From contig NC_003902.1 in assembly GCF_000007145.1 (NCBI RefSeq), positions 1,507,436 through 1,539,435 of the forward strand: DNA of 32,000 nt, read 5' to 3'. This DNA is from Xanthomonas campestris pv. campestris str. ATCC 33913. Lineage in GTDB: Bacteria > Pseudomonadota > Gammaproteobacteria > Xanthomonadales > Xanthomonadaceae. The notes under the pieces are model-generated. The model made no database searches. It was not told where the DNA came from and saw only the letters and a list, made by a program, of their open reading frames with translations. Both the position numbers and the translations under genes were made by a program. Positions within the stretch are counted from its first letter, which is position 1. Each line of letters starts with the position of its first letter. Below, piece by piece: positions 16,711 through 24,562 of the stretch.

Positions 16711-16855
16711 TAAGAGCGGCTAACAAAACTTAGCGAGCAGCCGTCAGGTGGGTGCGGACGGCGCGGAGGAACCGGAGTGTACGTGGGTACATGCCGATTC
16801 CGAGCACCGGCCGCGCCCGCCTTGCGGCTGCGCAGTAGTTTGATAGCTGCTCTAA
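16711..16855 (-). mobile_element. MITE copy 2 (139 bp, 16714-16852, inverted) with TAA/TAA duplication
   Basis: Reverse complement of copy 1 with about 8 differences counted by eye. It ends 32 nt upstream of the ECF sigma ATG. Confidence 0.85.
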
Positions 16856-16887
16856 ACCTTTTTGCTGCCCGGCGCATCGAACTGGCT

Positions 16888-17475
16888 ATGCTCGATACCA
16901 CCGTGCCCCCCGATGCCCCCGCTTGCGACAGCCCCGCCGACCGCGACGATGCGGCATTGGCGCGTGCAGCCGCGGCAGGCAGCCGTTCGGCGTACGAGAC
17001 GATCTACCGCCGCCATGCGCCACGCCTGTATGCGGTGGTGTGGCGGTTGTGCGGCGGCAACGCCGCCCGTGCCGACGATGCCTTGCAGGAGACCTTCATC
17101 GCCGCCTGGAAGGCCTTGCCGCAGTTTCGCTTTCAAAGTGCCCTGGGCACCTGGCTGCATCGGCTGGCGGTCAATACCGCCTTGATGGAGCTGCGTCGCC
17201 GCGCACATTCGCGCGATCACGAGCTCGACGATGCCGATGGCGAATTGCTCGCGGCAATTCCTGGTGCTTCGTCCTGCCAGGCCACTCAAATGGATCTGGA
17301 ACGCGCGCTGGAGACCCTGCCGCCACGCGCGCGTGCGGTGCTGGTGCTGCACGACATCGAGGGCTGGAAACATCATGAAATCGCCGAAGAACTGCAGATG
17401 GCGGTCGGCAGTTCCAAGGCGCAACTGCATCGCGCACGCGGCCTGTTGCGTGCGCGGTTGGGAGAACCCGTATGA
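16888..17475 (+). CDS. ECF-type RNA polymerase sigma-70 factor
   Basis: Region 2 (YETIYRRHAPRLYAVVWRLCG...DALQETFIAAWKAL) and region 4 (LPPRARAVLVLHDIEGWKHHEIAEELQMAVGSSKAQLHRAR) are present. The start at ATG 16888 is chosen by family length. The upstream part of ORF 16777..17475 is MITE sequence. Confidence 0.85.
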   Translation: MLDTTVPPDAPACDSPADRDDAALARAAAAGSRSAYETIYRRHAPRLYAVVWRLCGGNAARADDALQETFIAAWKALPQFRFQSALGTWLHRLAVNTALMELRRRAHSRDHELDDADGELLAAIPGASSCQATQMDLERALETLPPRARAVLVLHDIEGWKHHEIAEELQMAVGSSKAQLHRARGLLRARLGEPV

Positions 17476-18005
17476 CCCAATCCCTTCCTCCATCCGGCAC
17501 CGACGATGCGGCCTTGGTCGCGCGCCTGCAGGCCTTGCCCACGCAGCGCCAGCCAGCACCGCAGCTGTGGGAAAACATTGCCGCCGCACTGCCGCCGCGC
17601 GACACGGTCGCGGCGCTGGCACCACGCCGGCAGCGCCGCGCATGGCAGTGGCCAGCGGCCGGCCTTGCGCTCGCGGCTGCGCTGGGAGTGATCGCCATCG
17701 CGCCTGGGCTTAAGCCTCTGCCGACCGCGCCAGCCCATGCAGCTGCGCCGCCAGCGCTGGTGATGCAGGCGCAGGCCCTGGCCGGGCAATACCAGCAGGC
17801 CATCGCGGCGGTTCCCGTGGAGCAGGCGCCGGCTGCATTGTTGCCGGCACTGAACGAGCTGGACCGCAGCGCGCAGTCGATCCACACCGCCATCGTGCAG
17901 AGCCCGCGCTCTGCGTTTTTGTTGTCGCAGTTGCAGCGCACCTATGCGAAGCGCCTGCAATTGACCCGTCTCGCCGCACAGGGCGAGGCCTACGTCCCCA
18001 GCTGA
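17472..18005 (+). CDS. Anti-sigma factor (single-pass membrane protein)
   Basis: ATGA overlap with the sigma stop. One TM segment (WQWPAAGLALAAALGVIAIAPG). N-terminal segment ...QLWENIAAAL. No HxxxCxxC zinc motif. Confidence 0.7.
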   Translation: MTQSLPPSGTDDAALVARLQALPTQRQPAPQLWENIAAALPPRDTVAALAPRRQRRAWQWPAAGLALAAALGVIAIAPGLKPLPTAPAHAAAPPALVMQAQALAGQYQQAIAAVPVEQAPAALLPALNELDRSAQSIHTAIVQSPRSAFLLSQLQRTYAKRLQLTRLAAQGEAYVPS

Positions 18006-18016
18006 GGAAGCCACCC

Positions 18017-18901
18017 ATGCGCTACGCCACCTTATCCCTGTTGTTGTTGAGCGCCGTCTGCGCACTGCCCGCCGCGGCCCAGACTGCGGTGAAGCAGACC
18101 CATCCACTGGCGCGCGGTGGGCGCGTGGAGATTGAAAACATCGCCGGGCAGGTACGCGTGCGTGGCTGGGACCGCGACGAGGTGTCGTTGACCGGCACGC
18201 TTGGGCCGGGCCAGCGGCTGGATGTCAATGAAAGTGCCGACCGGCTGCAGTTCGAGGTGATCTATCCGCGCAGCAGCCGTAACGGCAACGGGGCGCAGCT
18301 CGAACTGCGGGTGCCGCGCGGCGCGGTGTTGCAGGCAGAGGTGGTCAGCGCCGGTCTGGATGTGGATCAGATCGATCTGGCGCGGCTGCAGCTCAAGTCG
18401 GTCAGCGGCGAGGTGGTGGCCGCCGGGCGCGCCAAGGAAGCGCGTCTGGAGTCGGTCAGCGGCGATGTGCGCAGCACCGTGGCCACCACGCGTTTGAACC
18501 TGAGCACTGTCAGCGGCGAGATCGCGGCGCCAAGCGGTGCCAGTGGCCAGGTGAGTGCCGAGTCGGTGTCCGGCGATATCAACCTCAGCACCGGGCAGGT
18601 GGCGCAGCTGCGTGCGCAGAGCGTATCTGGCACAACCGAGCTCAAGGTGGCAGGCCTGGCGCCGGGCGGCAGTATCGCGGCGGAAAGTGTGAGCGGAGAG
18701 ATCGCGCTGGGCGTGCCGCGCACGGTATCGGCGGCGTTGAACATAGAGGTCTTCAGCGGCGACATCCGCGCGGTGGCCGGGCGGGTCGAGCGGCCGGAGT
18801 ACGGCCCAGGCAAGAGCCTGAAAACGACACTGGGCGCGGGCAATGGCGACATCAAACTGGAGTCGCATTCCGGCTCGGTGCGGGTCGATTACGGCAACTG
18901 A
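18017..18901 (+). CDS. DUF4097 beta-strand-repeat protein (putative adhesin-like), secreted
   Basis: Signal peptide MRYATLSLLLLSAVCALPAAAQ. Repeated SVSGEV/SVSGDV/TVSGEI/SVSGDI/SVSGTT/SVSGEI/VFSGDI/HSGSV strands. GAGGA lies upstream. Confidence 0.82.
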   Translation: MRYATLSLLLLSAVCALPAAAQTAVKQTHPLARGGRVEIENIAGQVRVRGWDRDEVSLTGTLGPGQRLDVNESADRLQFEVIYPRSSRNGNGAQLELRVPRGAVLQAEVVSAGLDVDQIDLARLQLKSVSGEVVAAGRAKEARLESVSGDVRSTVATTRLNLSTVSGEIAAPSGASGQVSAESVSGDINLSTGQVAQLRAQSVSGTTELKVAGLAPGGSIAAESVSGEIALGVPRTVSAALNIEVFSGDIRAVAGRVERPEYGPGKSLKTTLGAGNGDIKLESHSGSVRVDYGN

Positions 18902-18965
18902 GGTGTTGCAGATCCGCTGAGGGCAGCTGCCTGTGGCACCGGCAACCTCGCATGACAGTGCAGCA

Positions 18966-18995
18966 CGACGTGCCGCCCCGCAGGGCAGCACGTCG
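18966..18995. terminator. Hairpin between convergent genes
   Basis: CGACGTGCCGCCC/GGGCAGCACGTCG, a 13-bp stem with one mismatch. No strong T-tract. Confidence 0.45.
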
Positions 18996-19002
18996 GTCGA
19001 AC

Positions 19003-19188
19003 TCAGGCGCTCTTGTCGCCGTCGTTACGGGCGGGGCCGAAGTTGGTGGTGAGCACTTCGATCCGGCCTCCGGTCTTTCGAAACGCGGCGATGTCGGCAG
19101 CGATACGCTCACGGCTGAGCGGCTGCGACTTACCTTCGCTGCGAGCGATGCTGGGCTGGGATTTCTGCTTGGTCGCGGGACGTGCCAT
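19003..19188 (-). CDS. Small basic hypothetical protein (61 aa)
   Basis: Start set at ATG 19188, with AGGAGG 6 nt upstream. Sequence: MARPATKQKSQPSIARSEGKSQPLSRERIAADIAAFRKTGGRIEVLTTNFGPARNDGDKSA. Confidence 0.65.
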   Translation of the reverse strand: MARPATKQKSQPSIARSEGKSQPLSRERIAADIAAFRKTGGRIEVLTTNFGPARNDGDKSA

Positions 19189-19377
19189 GTGGCCTCCTGT
19201 AGCGGGGAAGTGCAAGGACACCGCGTGCGGCTAGGGTACGCGCGCGGAAGCGGTGTCGAAGAGTGCGATCACGTTCGGTGCGTGGTCACGGCGGCACGGC
19301 GGAGCGTGCCTTGCAGGCAAGACGGCGGGGCGTCCGGCAGCAACCGCGCAGTCTAGTCGGGGTGACGTAGAGTTTCG

Positions 19378-20760
19378 TTAAACGACCGCGGGCTGGGCTT
19401 CGCCGGCACCCGCGGTGGCCCAGGCCAAGCCTTGCACCACGCCGAACGATGGGTCGCCATGGACCAGGCGCGAGGCCGGGAACGCCGCTGCCACGGTGTC
19501 GCGGATATAGCCGGCGCGCGACATGCCGCCGGTCAGGAACACCGTTTCCGGCGCGGCGCTCAGGTCTGCGTTGACCTGGGCCAACAGGCCTTCCAGTTCA
19601 CGCAGGTAATTAGAAGCGGCCCCGACCAGGGCGGCCGCGTCGACGTCCACCGTCAGGTCGCGCTCGATGAACCCCAGCACTGCGCTGTGCCGGTCGTGCT
19701 CGCTCAACGCAATCTTGCAGGCTTCCACCCCGCGGTACAGGCGTGCGGTATTGCCGGTCTCCTGCAGGGCCTGCAGGCGACGATCGAACGGTGCCGGCAC
19801 GTCCTGATACTTGTGCAGCCGGAATTCGCGCTGGCGCGTCATGTCCTGCACCATCGCCGCCTCGACGTAGTGGTGCGCCGGGACACGCGTGATGCCACGC
19901 CCGAACAACGGCATGTAGGCGGCCAGGCTCAAGGCCAGGTCGATGTCGGTACCGCCGCGCGCAATGCCCCACGCGCGGTGCACCTGTGGGGGCGCGCTGC
20001 CGCCCACGCTGGCATGCGCGACATCCGTAGTGCCGCCGCCAATATCCACCACCACCGTGTCGTGCCGGGTGGCATGGCTGACGTGGTAATGCATTGCTGC
20101 GGCCGCAGGTTCTTCGAGGAAATCCACCTGGTCGAAGCCGGCGGCGATCGCTGCGGTCTGCAGGATCTCCAGCGCCTGTGCGTTGCCAGCCTCGCCGATG
20201 GAGCTGCGGAACTGCACCGGGCGGCCCAGCGTGGCGCTGCGGATGTTGTGATCGAATTGCTGCGAGGCGGTCAGCCGGATGTGTTCCAGCACATGCGTGG
20301 CAATGCCGGTAATGGTCTGGCGCGCGCGCGGATGCAGGTTGTAGCCCAGCATCGACTTGGGGCTCTGCACCAGGTTGCCTTCGCCTTCCAGGAAATACGC
20401 ATCCAGCGCCTCGTCGCCGTAGACCGCGTTCTGCAGCAATGCCGCGGAACTGCGCGGCGCACGTACTTGTTCTTCCATCCATTGCCGGCGCACCACCCGC
20501 AGGGCGTCGCGGCGCAGGCTGTCCTGGCTGGGGCTGCGCCCGGCGGCGGCCGCGTCGCGGCGTCCGGCATCGATCAGGCGTTCGAGTTCGTATTCCAGCG
20601 CCGGCGTCAGGCTGAAATCGTCCGGGTCACGCATGATTTCCGGGAAATACACGGTGGTGCGGAACTGCAATGCCTCGCCAAAGCGCACCGGGACCACCTT
20701 GCCGTCGACGATGGCCGCCGCGGCGGAGTTGCTGGTACCGAAGTCGATGCCGAGTTTCAT
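19378..20760 (-). CDS. yegD: YegD-like Hsp70 family ATPase
   Basis: 460 aa with MKLGIDFGTSNSAAA, VVDIGGGTTDV and LTGGMSRAGYI actin-fold motifs. It is colinear with my recollection of E. coli YegD. Confidence 0.85.
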   Translation of the reverse strand: MKLGIDFGTSNSAAAAIVDGKVVPVRFGEALQFRTTVYFPEIMRDPDDFSLTPALEYELERLIDAGRRDAAAAGRSPSQDSLRRDALRVVRRQWMEEQVRAPRSSAALLQNAVYGDEALDAYFLEGEGNLVQSPKSMLGYNLHPRARQTITGIATHVLEHIRLTASQQFDHNIRSATLGRPVQFRSSIGEAGNAQALEILQTAAIAAGFDQVDFLEEPAAAAMHYHVSHATRHDTVVVDIGGGTTDVAHASVGGSAPPQVHRAWGIARGGTDIDLALSLAAYMPLFGRGITRVPAHHYVEAAMVQDMTRQREFRLHKYQDVPAPFDRRLQALQETGNTARLYRGVEACKIALSEHDRHSAVLGFIERDLTVDVDAAALVGAASNYLRELEGLLAQVNADLSAAPETVFLTGGMSRAGYIRDTVAAAFPASRLVHGDPSFGVVQGLAWATAGAGEAQPAVV

Positions 20761-20890
20761 GCGGGCGCGCCTGTGAGCGGGCCGCGCACTTTACTACGGC
20801 TGCCTGCCTGCCGTTGCGGCAGGCCTTACGGCCGGTCTGCGGCCTGCGCTGGCGGGAGCGCCGCGCACCACTGGCGCGCGGCGCAACGCC

Positions 20891-21364
20891 TCAGGCGGCG
20901 ATGTCGGTGACGTGGCCCTGGTCGAGTTCTTCGGTGGTGGCCTCGCGCACCGCGGTCACTTCGACGGCGAAATGCAGGGTTTGCCCGGCCAGCGGGTGAT
21001 TGCCGTCCACGGTGACCTGCTCGGGGCCGACCTCGGTGACAGTGACCATCACCGGCCCCTGCTGGGTGCGCGCTTCGAACTGCGCGCCCGGAACCACGTC
21101 CACGTCGCTGGGGAAAGCTTCGCGCGGCACGTGCTGGATCAATTGCGCATGGCGCGGGCCGTAGCCCTGTTCCGGCGCGACATCGGCGGTGAGTGTGTCG
21201 CCGGTGCGCTTGCCGTCCAGTGCCTGTTCCAGGCCCGGCACGATGTTGCCGGCGCCGTGCAGATAGCTCAGCGGGGTGTCGGGCGTGGAGCGATCGAGCA
21301 CCTGGCCGCTGTCGTCGGAGAGGGTGTAGTGAATGGTCGCAACGCGACCCTGGGTGATTTCCAT
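20891..21364 (-). CDS. slyD: FKBP-type peptidyl-prolyl isomerase, SlyD-like (no His-rich tail)
   Basis: 157 aa: MEITQGRVATIHYTLSDDSGQVLDRS...NHPLAGQTLHFAVEVTAVREAT. GGAGG lies upstream. Confidence 0.88.
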   Translation of the reverse strand: MEITQGRVATIHYTLSDDSGQVLDRSTPDTPLSYLHGAGNIVPGLEQALDGKRTGDTLTADVAPEQGYGPRHAQLIQHVPREAFPSDVDVVPGAQFEARTQQGPVMVTVTEVGPEQVTVDGNHPLAGQTLHFAVEVTAVREATTEELDQGHVTDIAA

Positions 21365-21521
21365 GGGAAACCTCCATTGATTGAGTACAAGGGGAGTGCA
21401 TCGGTCAGATCACGATGCGAGACGATGGCGCACCACAACGGTAGGCAATCGATACAGCCGATGCAACCGCGACCGCGCGTGCGGGTTACGGCAGGATCAG
21501 CTTGGTGCACAAGCGTCTGCG

Positions 21522-22490
21522 CTACTCGGCCTGCGCGCCGCGCTCGATCTGCGCACGCCGTGCACACCAGGTTTCCGGCGTCTGCGGCTTGACGAACAGG
21601 GCGGTGACTTCGGGATGTTTCTGTTTGGCCGCCGCTTCGATGCGGCCGATGCAGGCTTCGATCTGCGGCGTGGTGCGGCTGTCTTCGAATTCGGCGCTGA
21701 GCGCTGCAACCACCTGGTTGGGGCCCATCTGCATGGTGAGAACGCCATTGGCCGCGCGCACGTCTGGATCGGCTGCGGCGATGGCCAGCAATGAGTCGGT
21801 CACGTGCGCATGCGCGGGTTCGCCAATCAACAGGCCCTTGGTCTCACGTGCGAGCAGAAATGCCGTGAACGCCAGCACGAAGGCGATGCCGATGGAGGCG
21901 ATGCCATCGAGCTGGGGCATATTGAACAGCTGCGCGCCGGCAACGCCCAGCAGCGCCATGAACAGACCGACCAGCGCGGCGCTGTCTTCCAGCAGCACGG
22001 TGAAGGTGCTGGGATCCTTGCTCTGCCGAAACGCCTGGAAATAGCCCATGCGCCCCTTCTTGGCGCGGAATTCGCGAAACGCCACCACCCACGAGATGCC
22101 CTCGAACACGATCGACACACCCAGCACGCTATACGCCAGCCAATGGCTGCTGGCCGGTTCGGGATTGCGCAGATGCACGATGCCTTCGTACAGCGAAACG
22201 CCGGCACCCATCGCGAACACCAGCAGCGCCACCATGAAACTCCAGAAATACAGCTCACGCCCGTAGCCGAACGGATGCGTGGGCGTGGGCGCACGTGCCG
22301 CGCGGCGCAGGCCGTACAGCAACAGCACTTCATTGATGGTGTCCACCAGCGAGTGCACGCCTTCGCTGAGCATGGCCGAGCTGCCGGAGATGCCGGCGGC
22401 GATGAATTTGGCCACGGCGATGGCCAGATTGCCTGCCAACGCCACGTAGACGACCAGATGCGAACCACTGGGCTTATTGGACACGGGCAA
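21522..22490 (-). CDS. Cation diffusion facilitator (CDF) family transporter
   Basis: 322 aa with six TM segments, motifs SEGVHSLVDT and FVLAFTAFLLARE, and a C-terminal cytoplasmic domain. Confidence 0.88.
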   Translation of the reverse strand: MPVSNKPSGSHLVVYVALAGNLAIAVAKFIAAGISGSSAMLSEGVHSLVDTINEVLLLYGLRRAARAPTPTHPFGYGRELYFWSFMVALLVFAMGAGVSLYEGIVHLRNPEPASSHWLAYSVLGVSIVFEGISWVVAFREFRAKKGRMGYFQAFRQSKDPSTFTVLLEDSAALVGLFMALLGVAGAQLFNMPQLDGIASIGIAFVLAFTAFLLARETKGLLIGEPAHAHVTDSLLAIAAADPDVRAANGVLTMQMGPNQVVAALSAEFEDSRTTPQIEACIGRIEAAAKQKHPEVTALFVKPQTPETWCARRAQIERGAQAE

Positions 22491-22602
22491 CCTGCGACTA
22501 CCGGGGGAGGCGACGCACTATCGCGCCGCTGCCGTGGCCGATACGTGATCGCGGCAGGCTGCGGCTACAATCCACGCCCTCTTTGTGTTCGTAAGGAAGC
22601 CC

Positions 22603-22938
22603 ATGTCCACCGCGCCCGCCTGTCCGCAATGCAGTCTGGACAACACCTATGCCGATGGCGCGCTGTGGATCTGCGCCGATTGCGGTTTCGAGTGGAGCGC
22701 CGCCGAGGCGCCGGCTAACGCGGTGGTCGTGCGCGACAGCAACGGCAATGTGCTCGACGCCGGCGACACCGTCACGGTGATCAAGGACCTCAAGGTCAAG
22801 GGCTCGTCGATTCCGCTCAAGCAGGGCACGGTGATCCGCAATATTCGCCTGGTCGAGGACGATGCCGAGCACATCGAAGGCAACTCCGACAAGATCAAGG
22901 GCCTGGTGCTGAAGACCTGCTTCCTGCGCAAGGCCTGA
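22603..22938 (+). CDS. phnA: PhnA/YjdM zinc-ribbon protein
   Basis: MSTAPACPQCSLDNTYADGALWICADCGFEW...VRDSNGNVLDAGDTVTVIKDLKVKGSS...LKTCFLRKA. Start set at the internal ATG 22603. Confidence 0.88.
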   Translation: MSTAPACPQCSLDNTYADGALWICADCGFEWSAAEAPANAVVVRDSNGNVLDAGDTVTVIKDLKVKGSSIPLKQGTVIRNIRLVEDDAEHIEGNSDKIKGLVLKTCFLRKA

Positions 22939-22979
22939 GCCGCGATCTAGAGCGCTTGTTGGATCTGGAACGCGTTGTA

Positions 22980-23041
22980 GGAGCGCGCTTGCGCGCGATG
23001 GGGTGTTACCGGTGACGCCCCATCGCGCGCAAGCGCGCTCC
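22980..23041. repeat. REP-type extragenic palindrome, 24-bp perfect stem
   Basis: GGAGCGCGCTTGCGCGCGATGGGG - 14 nt - CCCCATCGCGCGCAAGCGCGCTCC, between convergent genes. Confidence 0.85.
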
Positions 23042-23080
23042 GACGTCACCGGGTCTATATCGCGACGTCGGACAATCCGC

Positions 23081-23869
23081 TCAATCGCGCGGATACACCG
23101 CTGCGATGGTGCAGCTCTGGCGCAGGCGGGCGAGCATCCCGCCGCGGCTGGTGGCGAACTCGCCTTGCTGTCCGGAGCCGGCCGCCGCGCCGGCCAGGCT
23201 GAGCTCGTCGAGCACGGTCACCTTGTCGCCTGGATTGCCGCAGATGGCATTGATGCCCATGCCGGAAACAAACTGGATGGGCGGCGCGCCGCTGAGCTCA
23301 CGGCAACTGTCCAGGAGCTCCACACGGTAGTACCGGTGTGTGCCGGGATGGCGCGCGGAGACTTCGACCAGCAGGCCATCGGGGTCCTCCGACCACGAGC
23401 GCAGCATGCTGGGATTGAAACAATAGCTGGAAGAACCGGCGAAGTTGCGGCGGCGGCTCTGCCGGACGGTCACCGGATCCAGCGTGGCGGTGCCATCGGT
23501 TGCGCGGTAACGCGCGATGCTGGCGTATATCCGTGCATTGATCGGCTCCACCTGGGTAATGGCGCAGCGCTGCGTGCCGGTGCCCACAAACGCGGCCGCG
23601 CCGTTGCAGACCCAGCCATGCGCAGCCAGCAACGACGCGCCGGTTTGGTTGGCAATGTCGGGGCAGTCCTCGGCCAGGCGCAGGCGGAACAGGCGGCCTT
23701 GCTGGCCGGTCACCGCCAACGTGCGGGCATCGGCCTGCTGTAGTTCGGCCACCTGGCGTGCATCCAGGCAGGACGCGTCGGGCGCAGCCGGGCGCATCTC
23801 ATCGGCGCGCGATAGCGACGCGGCCGCGTACAACGCGGCACACAACAGGGCGAGCAATCGTTGGCGCAT
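23081..23869 (-). CDS. Secreted Cys-rich protein with two tandem related domains (possibly DUF6491-like)
   Basis: Start set at ATG 23869 (MRQRLLALLCAALYAAASLSRA signal peptide), with AAGGA upstream. The two halves share the pattern C...LxV...RxxRxxL..C......C......C. Confidence 0.7.
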   Translation of the reverse strand: MRQRLLALLCAALYAAASLSRADEMRPAAPDASCLDARQVAELQQADARTLAVTGQQGRLFRLRLAEDCPDIANQTGASLLAAHGWVCNGAAAFVGTGTQRCAITQVEPINARIYASIARYRATDGTATLDPVTVRQSRRRNFAGSSSYCFNPSMLRSWSEDPDGLLVEVSARHPGTHRYYRVELLDSCRELSGAPPIQFVSGMGINAICGNPGDKVTVLDELSLAGAAAGSGQQGEFATSRGGMLARLRQSCTIAAVYPRD

Positions 23870-24175
23870 CACGCACATCCTTGGCAATGAAGTGACTGCA
23901 TCATCACCGCGCTGCGCCGGTGTGGCAATCGCGACTGCAGCGTTGGTTGGGAAGGAGAACGGTGGCGTATTTAGCGGTCTGGAGGCACGGCGAAGCGTGC
24001 GTGCGCCGCTGCGCATCCGCTGCCTGACCACCACGTGGGAGCGTGCTGCTTGGCGCATGCGGTGGCGCGCTGTGCAGAGTCAGGTTGGATCGTTCGCGGC
24101 GGCCAAGCCGGCGTTGAGCGCGGCGACCGTGGCAGTGATGGCGGCCTTGAGCTGCAGGGTGGCACGCGCAACGAC

Positions 24176-24321
24176 TTAGAGCAGCTATCAAAACGACTGC
24201 GCAGCCGCCAGGCGGGCGCGGCCAGTGCTCGGAATCGGCATGTACCCACGTACATTCCGGTTCCTCCGCGCGGTCCGCACCCACCTGACGACTGCTCGCT
24301 ACGTTTTGTTAGCCGCTCTTA
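24176..24321 (+). mobile_element. MITE copy 3 (140 bp, 24179-24318) with TTA/TTA duplication
   Basis: About 6 differences from copy 1 counted by eye, in the same orientation. Confidence 0.85.
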
Positions 24322-24562
24322 CTGAAGTTCCAACCATTCGGTTGGTCGGACGCCACGCCGCTTGCGCGTCATCGGGGCAGTCGATAAGCCGCTGACTGCC
24401 GTAGGCGAGGTCACCGCCACGCCGCTCGGTGTGCTCTGCTGCAACTTCGTCGAAGGCGACTGCGTGCGCACCCCGACCGATGTCGCTTCGGTCATGCCGT
24501 GCGTCATTCCGGTACGCCGTAGGTCGAGGTATCCCGGCGATTCTCACCGGCCATTGCCGGCG

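Noticed and set aside
20862-20888. 9-bp GC hairpin GCGCCGCGC/GCGCGGCGC after slyD, as a terminator.
   Set aside because: There is no T-tract. Such GC-only hairpins are frequent in this DNA. It may be real but is unsupported.
24080-24507. A possible gene split by MITE copy 3. The minus-strand frames on both sides look coding-like (…TEWLELQ before the element and VVARATLQLKAAITATVAALNAGLAAANDPT after it) and are in phase.
   Set aside because: The in-phase junction is the TAA target itself, so a stop codon was already present before insertion. There is no SD or recognisable family, and the opposite strand scores similarly.
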